Positions 22,304-31,837 of a DNA stretch of 64,000 nucleotides are shown piece after piece (the stretch's first letter is position 1; each line of letters starts with the position of its first letter). Origin of the DNA: an uncultured Chloroflexia bacterium (GTDB lineage Bacteria; Chloroflexota; Limnocylindria; Limnocylindrales; CSP1-4); NCBI GenBank assembly GCA_963748625.1, contig CAVVJT010000003.1:1-64000 (forward strand), written 5' to 3'. The translations under genes were made by a program, and so were the position numbers. The notes under the pieces were generated by a model. That model was not told the DNA's origin. It worked only from the letters and a program-made list of their open reading frames with translations, and made no database searches.

Positions 22304-22837
22304 TCAGGAGGCCGGGAGCGTGTCGATCGCGTCCAGGAACCGCATCACGGTGTCGGCGTTGAGGGCACGCCATTCGGCGACGAGCCGGTCCGGGCCGCTC
22401 GCCGCCGCCGCCTGATCGGCGAGGGCTGTGGCAACAGGTCGGAGTCGCTCCCGCTGGTCCCGGACGAGCGGTGAGCGGTCCATGCCCCGCCGGTCGAGCA
22501 GCAGGAGCTTCACGAGGAGGCCCGTGCGGACGTCCCGCACGTGCTCGACGGGCTCGAGGAGCCAGTCACGGACCAGGTCTCGCCCCGACAACGTCGCTTC
22601 CAGCATGACCCGGTTCGGGCCCTGTCCCTCGACCGTCCCGACGGTCTGGAGGAGACCCGCCTCCTGGAGCCTCGCAACCGCCCGGTAGACGAGCGGGCCT
22701 GAGGTCGACCACACGCGGCCCAGCGGGCTGTCACGCCGGAGCGCGCGGACGGCCGTCCAGCCGTGGATGGGCGCCTCGTCGGCAAGGGCGAGCACGATCC
22801 ACTCGGTGAGGTTCAGTTCAGTCCTGGGCGGGCGCAT
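22304..22837 (-). CDS. PadR-family transcriptional regulator
   Basis: VLALADEAPIHGW, VYRAVARL, TLSGR...WL, LLVKL. Confidence 0.8.
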   Translation of the reverse strand: MRPPRTELNLTEWIVLALADEAPIHGWTAVRALRRDSPLGRVWSTSGPLVYRAVARLQEAGLLQTVGTVEGQGPNRVMLEATLSGRDLVRDWLLEPVEHVRDVRTGLLVKLLLLDRRGMDRSPLVRDQRERLRPVATALADQAAAASGPDRLVAEWRALNADTVMRFLDAIDTLPAS

Positions 22838-22868
22838 CGGGCTCCGAAAGGTGGGCGGCGGTCCGAAC

Positions 22869-22890
22869 GTAGTCAATCATCGGCTACTAT
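22869..22890. promoter_or_regulatory. Imperfect palindrome overlapping the divergent padR/modA promoters
   Basis: GTAGTCAAT-C-ATCGGCTAC; contains TTGACT (- strand, -35) and overlaps TACTAT (+ strand, -10). Confidence 0.5.
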
Positions 22891-22928
22891 CGCGGGAGGC
22901 GTCACGTGCTGCCGCACCGGAGGAGCCG

Positions 22929-23763
22929 ATGGTGAACATCCGCGGGGTCGCTGCCCTTGGCGCCATGCTGGTGCTCGCCGGCTGCGCGGCTCCTGGGGCG
23001 AGCCAGGCGCCGGGTCAGCCGGGCACGGCACCCGCGACCACCGTGGCCGCAAGCGGGCAGGTGCGGGTCGCGGCAGCGTCGGACCTCCGCTTCGCCATGG
23101 ACGAGCTCGTCGCGACCTTCAGCGCGGCCAACCCCGGGCTCACCGTCGAACCCACCTTCGGGTCGTCGGGAACCTTCCTCGCCCAGATCTCCGAGGGCGC
23201 CCCGTTCGACCTCTTCTTCTCCGCCGATGCGGCTTATCCGCGCAAGCTGGAGGCGGCGGGGCTCGCAGCGAGTGGTGCCACGCAGGTGTACGGGATCGGC
23301 CAGGTCGTCCTGTGGGTGGCCGAACGACTCGGCGCTGGACGTCGAGACGCGCGGTCTTGAAGCGCTGACCGACCCGTCTGTCAGGACGATCGCCATCGCC
23401 AACCCCGAGCACGCGCCATACGGTCGCGCCGCGGAGGCGGCCATGAGGACTGCCGGGGTCTACGACGCGGTGGCGTCCAAGCTGGTCCTTGGCGAGAACG
23501 TCGCCCAGGCGGCCCAGTTCGTGGAGTCCGGGAATGCCGACATCGGGCTGATCGCCCTCTCGCTCGCGCTCTCGCCGGATCTCGCGGACCTTGGCCGCTA
23601 CGCCGTGGTTCCCATCGAGTCCTATCCGCGGCTCGAGCAGGGCGCGGTCGTCCTCACGTCCGCCGCCGACCCGGAGGCCGCGCAGGCCTTCCTCGACTTC
23701 GTCCTCGGGCCTGACGGTCGGGCCGTGCTCGACCGGTACGGGTTCCTGCCGCCGCCGACGTGA
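22929..23763 (+). CDS. modA: Molybdate ABC transporter substrate-binding lipoprotein (frameshift near 23320)
   Basis: LAGC, AAASDL, FGSSG, DLFFSAD, IANPEHAPYG, GENVAQ. Confidence 0.92.
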
Positions 23764-23782
23764 TGGACTGGCAGGCGACCTG

Positions 23783-24460
23783 ATGGACTGGCAGGCGGTC
23801 GGCCTCTCGATCCGGCTCGGCGTGGCGACAACCGTCGTCCTCGTCGTCATCGGCATGCCGATCGGCTACTGGCTGGCCCGCTCGCGACGCCCGTGGCGCC
23901 CGCTCGTGGAGGCGCTGGTGGCCCTGCCGCTCGTCCTGCCGCCGACGGTGCTCGGCTTCTACCTCCTGCTCGCGATGGGTCCCAGAGGTCCGCTCGGGAC
24001 GGTGTGGGAGGCCGCGACCGGTGGGCGCCTGGCGTTCTCCTTCGAGGCCCTCCTCCTGGCCTCGGTCATCTCCAGCCTGCCCTTTGCGGTGCAACCGTTC
24101 AGCGTGGCGTTTGCGGCCATCGACCGCTCACTGCTCGAGACGTCGTGGACGCTGGGCCGGTCCGGGGTGACGACGTTCTTCCGGGTCGTCCTGCCGCTGT
24201 CGGTTGGGGGGATCCTGACCGGGATGGTGCTGACGTTCGCCCACACGCTCGGGGAGTTCGGCGTGGTGCTCATGGTCGGCGGGAGCATCCCGGGCGAGAC
24301 GCGCACGGTGGCAATCGTGATCTACGACCGGGTGCAGGCGCTCGACTACGGCGGAGCCGCCGCCACGGCCCTGCCGCTGCTCCTCATCTCCTTCGTCGTG
24401 CTGGCCCTGACCTACGGCCTGCGCGGACTGACGGTGGCGCCATGGCTGACCAGACGCTGA
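23783..24460 (+). CDS. modB: Molybdate ABC transporter permease
   Basis: LPLVLPPTVLGFYLL, FAHTLGEFG. Confidence 0.92.
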   Translation: MDWQAVGLSIRLGVATTVVLVVIGMPIGYWLARSRRPWRPLVEALVALPLVLPPTVLGFYLLLAMGPRGPLGTVWEAATGGRLAFSFEALLLASVISSLPFAVQPFSVAFAAIDRSLLETSWTLGRSGVTTFFRVVLPLSVGGILTGMVLTFAHTLGEFGVVLMVGGSIPGETRTVAIVIYDRVQALDYGGAAATALPLLLISFVVLALTYGLRGLTVAPWLTRR

Positions 24461-25536
24461 CGGTCGAGGTCGAACGGCGCTACCGCCGCGGCCCCACCGT
24501 CACCGCCGCCTTCGAGCTGGACCTTGCCGCCGCGCAGACGCTCGTGCTCTTCGGGCCGTCGGGCTCAGGCAAGACGACGGTCCTGCGCTGCCTCGCCGGC
24601 CTCGAACGACCGGACCGGGGCCGGATCGACGTGGGCAGCGATGCCTGGTTCGACGCCGCCGGGCGCGCCGATCTGCCGCCCCAGCGCCGACGCATCGGCT
24701 ACCTGCCCCAGGGGTTCGCGCTGTTCCCGCACCTCGACGTCCGCTCGAACATCGCGTACGGGATCACGGAGGGCTCCCGCGCGGATCGCGACGGCCGTGT
24801 GCGCGAGCTCGTCGGGCTGCTGGGCCTCGACGGCCTCGAGCGGCGGCGGCCCGGGGAGCTGTCCGGCGGCCAGCAGCAGCGGGTCGCCCTCGGCCGGGCG
24901 CTGGCCCGCAGACCGCAACTGCTGCTGCTCGACGAGCCACTGTCGGCCCTCGACGCGCCCACGCGAGAGCAGCTCCGCGGCGAGCTCCGGCAGCTGCTCC
25001 TTGCCTCCGGCGTCGCGGCGATCGTGGTGACCCACGACCGGACCGAGGCCTTGGTGCTGGGCGATCGCGTGGCCGTGATGGACGAGGGATCGATCCGGCA
25101 GGTCGGGCCGGTCCTCGAGGTCTTCGATCGTCCGTCCGACGAGACCGTCGCCCGCATCGTCGGCGTCGAGACCGTGCTCCCGGCAACGGTCCTGGACGCG
25201 TCGGCCGACCTGCTGCGGCTTCGCGTGGGGACGGCCGTGGTGGAGGCGGTTGGCGCGCGACCGATGGGGGCCCAGGTGCTGATCTCCATCCGGGCGGAGG
25301 ACGTGATCATCGGCGCTGGGAATGACGGCCCGCCGGCCGCCTTCAGCGCCCGGAACCACGTCACCGGCCATGTGACCGCGATTGAACCCGCGGGCCCCCT
25401 GGTGCGGGTCCGGCTCGACTGCGGCTTCCCGCTCGTCGCCGTGGTCACCCGGCCCGCGGTGGAGGCGCTGGCACTGACGCCGGGCGCGCGCGTCGTCGCG
25501 ATCTTCAAGGCTCCGGCGGTGCACGTCATCGGCTGA
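24442..25536 (+). CDS. modC: Molybdate ABC transporter ATPase with TOBE domain
   Basis: GPSGSGKT, LSGGQ, LLLDEP, SARN, FKAPAVHV. Confidence 0.9.
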   Translation: MADQTLTVEVERRYRRGPTVTAAFELDLAAAQTLVLFGPSGSGKTTVLRCLAGLERPDRGRIDVGSDAWFDAAGRADLPPQRRRIGYLPQGFALFPHLDVRSNIAYGITEGSRADRDGRVRELVGLLGLDGLERRRPGELSGGQQQRVALGRALARRPQLLLLDEPLSALDAPTREQLRGELRQLLLASGVAAIVVTHDRTEALVLGDRVAVMDEGSIRQVGPVLEVFDRPSDETVARIVGVETVLPATVLDASADLLRLRVGTAVVEAVGARPMGAQVLISIRAEDVIIGAGNDGPPAAFSARNHVTGHVTAIEPAGPLVRVRLDCGFPLVAVVTRPAVEALALTPGARVVAIFKAPAVHVIG

Positions 25537-25607
25537 CGGCTCGTGGCGGGCGGGGTACCGGTGGGGGAGACCGGGTCAGCCGGGCGGGCGCATCGTGTCG
25601 CCGGGGC

Positions 25608-26858
25608 CTACGGGCACTGGATGAACCCCTGCGCCCACAGGCAGCCACCGCAGGCGGGGGCGTCGCTGCCGAAGCAGTCCTCGAGGTTCTCGTCGGCCAT
25701 GTCGCAGCTGTTGCAGACGGTGCACGGCGCGACGTCGAAGGCGAGCAGCCGCTCACGGAGTGCGACATAGGTGTCGTCGTTCCAGGCGTCGAGCAGCCCC
25801 CGGTCATTGACGTTCCCCACCGCGTACGCATGGTTCGTCCGGGGCCGGAAGTCAAGGAAGCTGCGATGCGTGTGCAGGAGCGGCAGGCAGGGGCTGATCG
25901 CCCCGTCCCAGCGGACCGAGACGCTGCCCTTCTCCGCGAACGGACAGGCGTTGGCACGCCCGTCGCCCTGCCGCACAGACGACGCACGCCCCCGCCGATC
26001 GGCCTGCGCCCGGACCAGCTGCCCGAGGGTTCGCGCGTCGATGTCCATGCGGGGCAGCGAGACATCGGGCGCCCACGGCGACGGATCGGGCTCCTCGGTG
26101 TCGATGGATCCCGCGTAGAGCACCTGCTCGCGCATCTCGGGGGTGTGGGCGAGGACATTGCTGACCGAGAACCGGTCGGCGCCCAGCCGCTGCCCCAGGC
26201 GGATGACCTCGGGCAGGTCCGCGATGTTCCGCTTCATGGCCACGAAGGCGATACCGAGCCGCGGCAGGGCCGAGAGGCTCGCCAGGCGCAGATCCCGCAG
26301 CGCGCCGAGATCGTCGAGCACCTGGGGCAGGGCATCCCACAGGCGGACGTCGGCGTAGCTCTCGGGAGTCGCCCCGTCGATGGAGACCCAGATCCGGTCC
26401 AGCCCGATCCGCACGATCTCCCGCCGGGTTGCCTCGTCCAGCATGGTCCCATTGCTGATCAGCTCGACCTGGCAGCCCGCCGCCTTGGCCTCGGCGACCA
26501 TCGCCAGCAAGTCCGGGTGGGCGAAGGGCTCCCCGAACCCTCCGAAGAAGACGGTCGGGCGCGGCGACACCGCGCGCACGCCATCCATGATCCGGGCGAA
26601 CGTAGCCGCGGACATCGATCCGGGCGGCTCGTCCCAGACGTTGCGGATGCACGTGCGGCAGACGAGGTTGCACAGCGTCGTCGGCTCAACGTAGACGCGG
26701 GCCAGGGATGCGCTCGATCGGCCGATGGTGAGCTCGTTGCGGCGCTCCTCGACACGGACGAGCGCCCCGTTCACCAGCCCGAGGCGTTCGGCAAGCCCGT
26801 CGGGCAGGACGAGGTGCCCCTCGACGTCGACCTGGACCCGCGCCGTTTGCGTCCGCAT
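25608..26858 (-). CDS. Radical SAM/SPASM protein resembling tungsten-cofactor oxidoreductase maturases, with an AbrB-like N-terminus
   Basis: CNLVCRTCIRNVW, FGGFGEP, CPF, C-terminal PCxxCxxC...DC...PACGGCLWAQGFIQCP*. Confidence 0.8.
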   Translation of the reverse strand: MRTQTARVQVDVEGHLVLPDGLAERLGLVNGALVRVEERRNELTIGRSSASLARVYVEPTTLCNLVCRTCIRNVWDEPPGSMSAATFARIMDGVRAVSPRPTVFFGGFGEPFAHPDLLAMVAEAKAAGCQVELISNGTMLDEATRREIVRIGLDRIWVSIDGATPESYADVRLWDALPQVLDDLGALRDLRLASLSALPRLGIAFVAMKRNIADLPEVIRLGQRLGADRFSVSNVLAHTPEMREQVLYAGSIDTEEPDPSPWAPDVSLPRMDIDARTLGQLVRAQADRRGRASSVRQGDGRANACPFAEKGSVSVRWDGAISPCLPLLHTHRSFLDFRPRTNHAYAVGNVNDRGLLDAWNDDTYVALRERLLAFDVAPCTVCNSCDMADENLEDCFGSDAPACGGCLWAQGFIQCP

Positions 26859-27898
26859 CACGCCGTGAGGAAGTTGAACAGGTAGCCGATCATGACGATC
26901 CCGCTGGCCACGATCAGGGCGAACGTCGTGATCAGGCGCGGCTTCATCACGCGCCGCAGGATCATGAACTCGGGCAGCGAGAGCGCGGTCACCGCCATCA
27001 TGAAGGCCAGCGCCGAGCCGACCGGGAGCCCCTTGCCCAGTAGCGCTTCGACGATCGGGATCGTGCCGGCCGCGTTGCTGTACAGCGGCACGCCGAGCGC
27101 GACGAGAGCGGGGACGGCGAGGGGGTTGTCGGTGCCCCCGATCCGAACCACGAGGTCCGTCGGCACGAAGCCGTGGATGAACGCACCCACCGCGATCCCG
27201 GCGACGATGTACGGGAACACCCGGCGCACGATGTCCCGCGTGGAGCTCCACGCCTCGCGGATCCGGTCCTCCATGGACGGCTTGCTGGTGGCGGGCGTGG
27301 ATCCAGCCCGGATCTTCCAGACGTAGTCCTCCACGTACCGCTCCATCCCCAGGCGCCCGATCACGAGGCCCGCGACGATGGCGACGACCAGCCCCGCCAC
27401 GACGTAGGCCGCTGTGAGTCCCGGCCCGACCAGGCCGAGGAGCAGGACGATGGCGATCTCGTTGACCATCGGGCTTGCGACGAGGAAGGCGAACGTCACG
27501 CCGAGCGGGACACCCGCCTCGACGAAGCCGATGAACAGCGGCACGGCCGAGCAGGAGCAGAACGGGGTGATGATCCCGAAGGCCGCGGCGCCGACCGTGC
27601 CCACGACCGCGTTCCTGCCCGCGAGCGTGCTGCGGACCCTCTCGGGCGATACGAACGACCGCAGGAAGGAGACGAGCGTCACGACGCCTGTCAGGAGGAG
27701 GGTGACCTTCGTGACGTCGAACAGGAAGAAGGCGACGGCCTCGCCCAGCGGCGTGCCCGGCTCGAGCGGAAGGACGTCGTACGCGAGCCAGGTTGCGACC
27801 GGGAGCGCAGCGAACCACGCGAAGGTCCACAGCACGACGCCGATGAGCACGGCGAGCCACAGGGGGACCGCCGGCCGGTGGACAGCGACCGTCGTCAT
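26858..27898 (-). CDS. ArsP/DUF318-family permease
   Basis: TPFCSCSAVPLFIG, FLVASPMVN, PLYSNAAG, LSLPE. Confidence 0.88.
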   Translation of the reverse strand: MTTVAVHRPAVPLWLAVLIGVVLWTFAWFAALPVATWLAYDVLPLEPGTPLGEAVAFFLFDVTKVTLLLTGVVTLVSFLRSFVSPERVRSTLAGRNAVVGTVGAAAFGIITPFCSCSAVPLFIGFVEAGVPLGVTFAFLVASPMVNEIAIVLLLGLVGPGLTAAYVVAGLVVAIVAGLVIGRLGMERYVEDYVWKIRAGSTPATSKPSMEDRIREAWSSTRDIVRRVFPYIVAGIAVGAFIHGFVPTDLVVRIGGTDNPLAVPALVALGVPLYSNAAGTIPIVEALLGKGLPVGSALAFMMAVTALSLPEFMILRRVMKPRLITTFALIVASGIVMIGYLFNFLTA

Positions 27899-28224
27899 TC
27901 GAGAAGGTCCTGGACGGCGCGCGCGGCCGCAGCGCAGGCATCGTCGTCGCGCTCGTAATAGACCCGGCGCGTGTCGCCGCCGGCGCGGACAGGCCGCACG
28001 AGACCCGCATCGCGCAGGCGGGCGAGGTGGTTGCTCACGTTGTTCTCGCGAGCGCCCAGCGATGCCGCCATCTCGCAGACGCACACGGGACCACCCTGGA
28101 GCAGGCGGATGATCGAGGCCCGGATGGGATCGGCGAGGAGCGCAGCCACGCCGGTCGCCTCGGTGACATCGGGGGCCGGGAGGTTCATGCGCAGGTCGTC
28201 AAGGACCGGCAGCGCAGTGCGCAT
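27895..28224 (-). CDS. ArsR/SmtB transcriptional repressor
   Basis: LADPIR, CVCE, VSNHLARLRDAGLV; alternative start at 28188. Confidence 0.9.
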   Translation of the reverse strand: MRTALPVLDDLRMNLPAPDVTEATGVAALLADPIRASIIRLLQGGPVCVCEMAASLGARENNVSNHLARLRDAGLVRPVRAGGDTRRVYYERDDDACAAAARAVQDLLE

Positions 28225-28251
28225 CGTCGCGTTCTCCGAGGGGCGGCCGGT

Positions 28252-28488
28252 CTAGTCGGCCAGCCAGGGGACGATGTCGTCCGCCGACGGCACGCGCCCG
28301 TAGCTGACGACCTTGCCGTCGATGACGAGTCCCGGGGTGCTCATGATCCCGTAGGCCATGATCTCGGCGTAGTCGGTCACCTTGGTGATCTCGGCCTGGA
28401 TCCCCGCCATGGCGACGGCATCGCGGGCGTTCTTCTCGAGGCGGGTGCAGTTGTTGCAGCCTGGGCCGAGGACTTCGATCTTCTTCAT
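28252..28488 (-). CDS. Small thioredoxin-fold redox protein (MTH895-like)
   Basis: LGPGCNNC, YGIMSTPGLVIDG. Confidence 0.9.
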   Translation of the reverse strand: MKKIEVLGPGCNNCTRLEKNARDAVAMAGIQAEITKVTDYAEIMAYGIMSTPGLVIDGKVVSYGRVPSADDIVPWLAD

Positions 28489-28522
28489 GGCATGAGCTCC
28501 TTGGCATGTGGCGGTGGCCCGT

Positions 28523-29272
28523 TCAGGCGAGCAGGATCCACGCGCGCTGGATGGCGAGGGCGATGAGTGCGACGGCGAAGATCCGTGAGAGCGTTGCGGA
28601 CTTCACCTTGCCGGCGGTGAACCGGGCCCCAAGCCACGACCCGATGACCGCGGCGACCGAGGTCACGATGACCGTGGGCCAGTCGAAGGTGGCGGTGCCC
28701 AGGTGCGAGATGAAGGCCGAGAAGGAGGGGACCGTCACCGCGACCGAGTTGGTGGCGGCTGCCAGCCGGGCCGAGTAGCCCACGAGGGTGAGGGTCGGCA
28801 TGAGGAGGAACCCGGGCCCCACGCCGAGGAAGCCCGCGAACACGCTGATCGGCGCGGCTGCAACGGCCGCCTTGGTGCGGCTCGCATCGGTGATCTCGGC
28901 GACATCCTCGGTCGAGGCGCGCTTCGGCATGAGCATCCGCACGGCGAGGAAGACCAGGACGGCCACGTACAGCCACCAGACGACGTCGGTCGAGGCGAAC
29001 TGGAGCAGCCACACGCCGATGGGCGCACCGATCGCGGTCACGATGATGAGCACGAGGGCGCCACGCTTGTCCACCATGCCCCGCCGCCAGAACAACACGG
29101 CGGCACTGATCGCCGTCAGGCCGTTGAGCAGCAGGGCCCACGGCTGGATGACGTTGACCAGGTCGTAGCCGAAGAGTCCGAGGATGGGGATCGCAACGAA
29201 GGCGACGCCCAGGCCGAGCATTCCGGACAGGAAGGACAGGCCGAAGAGCAGGGGGGTGAGGACCAGCAACAT
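28523..29272 (-). CDS. TSUP (TauE/SafE) family exporter
   Basis: SGMLGLG, GFLGVGPG, AAATNS; about 8 TM segments. Confidence 0.85.
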   Translation of the reverse strand: MLLVLTPLLFGLSFLSGMLGLGVAFVAIPILGLFGYDLVNVIQPWALLLNGLTAISAAVLFWRRGMVDKRGALVLIIVTAIGAPIGVWLLQFASTDVVWWLYVAVLVFLAVRMLMPKRASTEDVAEITDASRTKAAVAAAPISVFAGFLGVGPGFLLMPTLTLVGYSARLAAATNSVAVTVPSFSAFISHLGTATFDWPTVIVTSVAAVIGSWLGARFTAGKVKSATLSRIFAVALIALAIQRAWILLA

Positions 29273-29395
29273 CTCAGCACCGAATGTATCAGCGCACGAT
29301 GAGGCGTCCGCGGGCCATGGGTCACGAATTCGCGGCCGTTTGCCCTAGACCGGCACGCGAATGGCCACCCGGACCGTCCCGGCGCGGAGCGTGGA

Positions 29396-30088
29396 TCAGC
29401 CTCTGCGATCGGACCAGATGAGCATCAGGCTGACCAGCACGACCCACGCCGGAAACACGAGGGCGATCACCTCGATGAAGGTGTTGCCGACGAGTGACGC
29501 CACCCCGAGCGTGATCGTGAGGATCACCAGCCAGCGGGGCAGGGCGTCGGAGCCCCGGCCGATGCTCGCCACCGAGAGCATGAACATCGCGGCCATCTTC
29601 ACGGCGAAGCCGAAGAACAGGGCGTAGCCCAAGGCGTGCCCCACTGCCGCGACCGCCTGCATCTGGGCCGGATTCTCGAGGGAGCTCGCAGCCAGTATCG
29701 CGCCCGCGGCAGCCCCGGTGGCGAAGGTCATCGAGATGAAGATCAGGGCGCTGCCGAGGAAGACGGTGGCGAAGAACAGGCCTTCGGCGTGGCCGATCCG
29801 GCGGCGGACTGCGGCGACGAACCAGATGAACGCCATCCCCGCGAACGGCACCAGGTAGGTCCCGGCGGTGATCCGGTCACGGCTGGCCGCCCACCACTCT
29901 GCGAACGCTGCTGCGCCTGCAGGCGGCGCATCCGTGCGGAGGAGCACGAAGGCCGCCGTGAACAGCGCCGCGAACACGAGGCCCGCGGCACCCGCCGCCT
30001 GTGCGAGCTTGGGCGCAATGGTGCCGGGCGGCGTGGTGGCCGGCGGGACGGCGCCGGCGTCGGCCGGCGGCGCTTGGGTCAGGTTCAT
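29396..30088 (-). CDS. Hypothetical membrane protein
   Basis: YLVPFAGMAFIWF, FFATVFLGS; about 6 TM segments; ATGA overlap with sulP. Confidence 0.75.
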   Translation of the reverse strand: MNLTQAPPADAGAVPPATTPPGTIAPKLAQAAGAAGLVFAALFTAAFVLLRTDAPPAGAAAFAEWWAASRDRITAGTYLVPFAGMAFIWFVAAVRRRIGHAEGLFFATVFLGSALIFISMTFATGAAAGAILAASSLENPAQMQAVAAVGHALGYALFFGFAVKMAAMFMLSVASIGRGSDALPRWLVILTITLGVASLVGNTFIEVIALVFPAWVVLVSLMLIWSDRRG

Positions 30089-31743
30089 GGCAGCCTCGCG
30101 CTCCGTCCGGTCATGATCCAGGCTTCGGCATCGTTGCGCGCCCGATCCAGCGTCGCGCCCACGCGCTCGTCGCCCCGGTAGATGTTCCCGGCTCCGACGA
30201 GATCCGCGATGCCGGTGGCGGCCAGCTGCTCGTCGATCCGCTCGTTGGTGGACACGAGCATGAGCTTCGAATCCACGGCGAGCAGCTGCTGGGCATAGCG
30301 CGCCAGCACGTCGATGAAGGTGGTGCCCAGGTCCTCGCGACCGCGGAGCCGCACGACCACGACCGAGCCGCGGCTCGCGGGGACGACCCGCGGCAGTGCC
30401 GCCTCAAATGACGGCGCGGCCGCGAAGAACAGGCTCCCGTAGGCCTGGAGCACCACGACCTCGCCCGCCGGAAGCTCCTCGGGGGGATCCACCTCCACAT
30501 CGTGCCCGCCATCGAGGACCCGGCGCCGCAGCACGAGGCGGTTCGACTGCCGCACGACAAAGAGCAGGACGGACATCCCGACACCCACCAGCACCGCGTA
30601 CTGGAGTGGGATGAGCATTGTGAGGGCGAAGGTCAGGCCCAGGACCGTCCGCTGGACCGGGCCGGTCCTCCAGACGGAGACGAGGTCGGCGGGCTTGATC
30701 GTCCGGAAGCCGATGAGCATCAGCAGGCCCGCCAGCGCGGGCATCGCCACCGCCTGGACGACGCTGCCCAGTGCGACGATCGTGAAGCCGATCACGACGC
30801 CGGCGATCAGCAGCGACTGGCGGGTCTTCGCGCCGGCCGCGCGGTTGAGCGCGGACGCGGACACCGAGCCGCCGACCGGCATCCCCTGGAAGACGCCTGC
30901 GGCGACGTTCGCCACGCCTTGGGCCGAGAAGTCCCGGGACGCGTCACCGTATGTGCCGTCGGGATTGGGGAAGTTGGCGGAGATGCCCGCGCCCTGCACG
31001 AGCCCCACGAACGCCAGCGACAGCGCCGGCAGCAGGAGCACCGGCACCAGGTCTATCGAGGGCAGGACGGGCATCGGCAGCCCCTCGAGTGCGACACCCA
31101 GGTCCGCGAGGGTCGCCACGGACTGCAGGTCCAGGACCGCGACCATGGCCGACGTCACCACGACCGCCACGACGAGCCCCAAGGCGCCCAGCCGCGTGCG
31201 CTCCATGAGGACGATGAGCGCGATGGTCGCCGTCCCGATCAGGACCGAGGGTGCGTCGAGCATCAGGGGGCTCGTGATCGTGACGATCGCGCGAATGATC
31301 CGGTTCGCGCCCTCCGCCTCGTACCCGGTGAAGTTGGCGAGCTGGCCGAGCACGATGTTGACGCCCACCGCGTTGATGAACCCGACCATCACCGAGTTGG
31401 ACACGAACCGCAGCACGAATCCCAGGCGGAGCAGGCCGGCCACCAGCATCACCACCCCGGTCAGCACCGCGAGGGTGAACAGCGCGATCTCAGGCGAGGG
31501 TGACTCGTGCACGGCGGGCGTGTCGGCGATGATCATCGCCATCGCCCCGGTGCCCTGGATCGCCATGAACGTGGACCCGGTCACGAGCGATCCCGCGAGC
31601 AGGCCCACCATGTAGGCGTTGAGTCCGGCCAATGGGCTGACGCCGGTCAGCAGACCAGTGGCCAGGCCGTCCGGGACGCTCTGGAGCCCCAGCACCAGGC
31701 CCGCGATTCCGTCCCGGCGAAGCCTGTCCTTCTTCGAGCTCAG
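30085..31743 (-). CDS. SulP-family anion transporter with STAS domain (probable CTG start)
   Basis: DGIAGLVLG..SVPDGLA, VMVGFINA, GSLFFAAA. Confidence 0.88.
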   Translation of the reverse strand: MSSKKDRLRRDGIAGLVLGLQSVPDGLATGLLTGVSPLAGLNAYMVGLLAGSLVTGSTFMAIQGTGAMAMIIADTPAVHESPSPEIALFTLAVLTGVVMLVAGLLRLGFVLRFVSNSVMVGFINAVGVNIVLGQLANFTGYEAEGANRIIRAIVTITSPLMLDAPSVLIGTATIALIVLMERTRLGALGLVVAVVVTSAMVAVLDLQSVATLADLGVALEGLPMPVLPSIDLVPVLLLPALSLAFVGLVQGAGISANFPNPDGTYGDASRDFSAQGVANVAAGVFQGMPVGGSVSASALNRAAGAKTRQSLLIAGVVIGFTIVALGSVVQAVAMPALAGLLMLIGFRTIKPADLVSVWRTGPVQRTVLGLTFALTMLIPLQYAVLVGVGMSVLLFVVRQSNRLVLRRRVLDGGHDVEVDPPEELPAGEVVVLQAYGSLFFAAAPSFEAALPRVVPASRGSVVVVRLRGREDLGTTFIDVLARYAQQLLAVDSKLMLVSTNERIDEQLAATGIADLVGAGNIYRGDERVGATLDRARNDAEAWIMTGRSARLP

Positions 31744-31837
31744 CGGCGACCCCTCCGTCCTTCGCGTGCGAGGGACTCAGGATCGCACACGGTCGCCGCG
31801 GGGTGATGGCGTCCTCGATGCGCTCGAGATCGGATCC

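Noticed and set aside
25608-28010. 800-aa ORF suggesting a giant radical SAM protein
   Set aside because: The upstream half is an Arg-rich off-frame read of the permease gene; the real start is 26858
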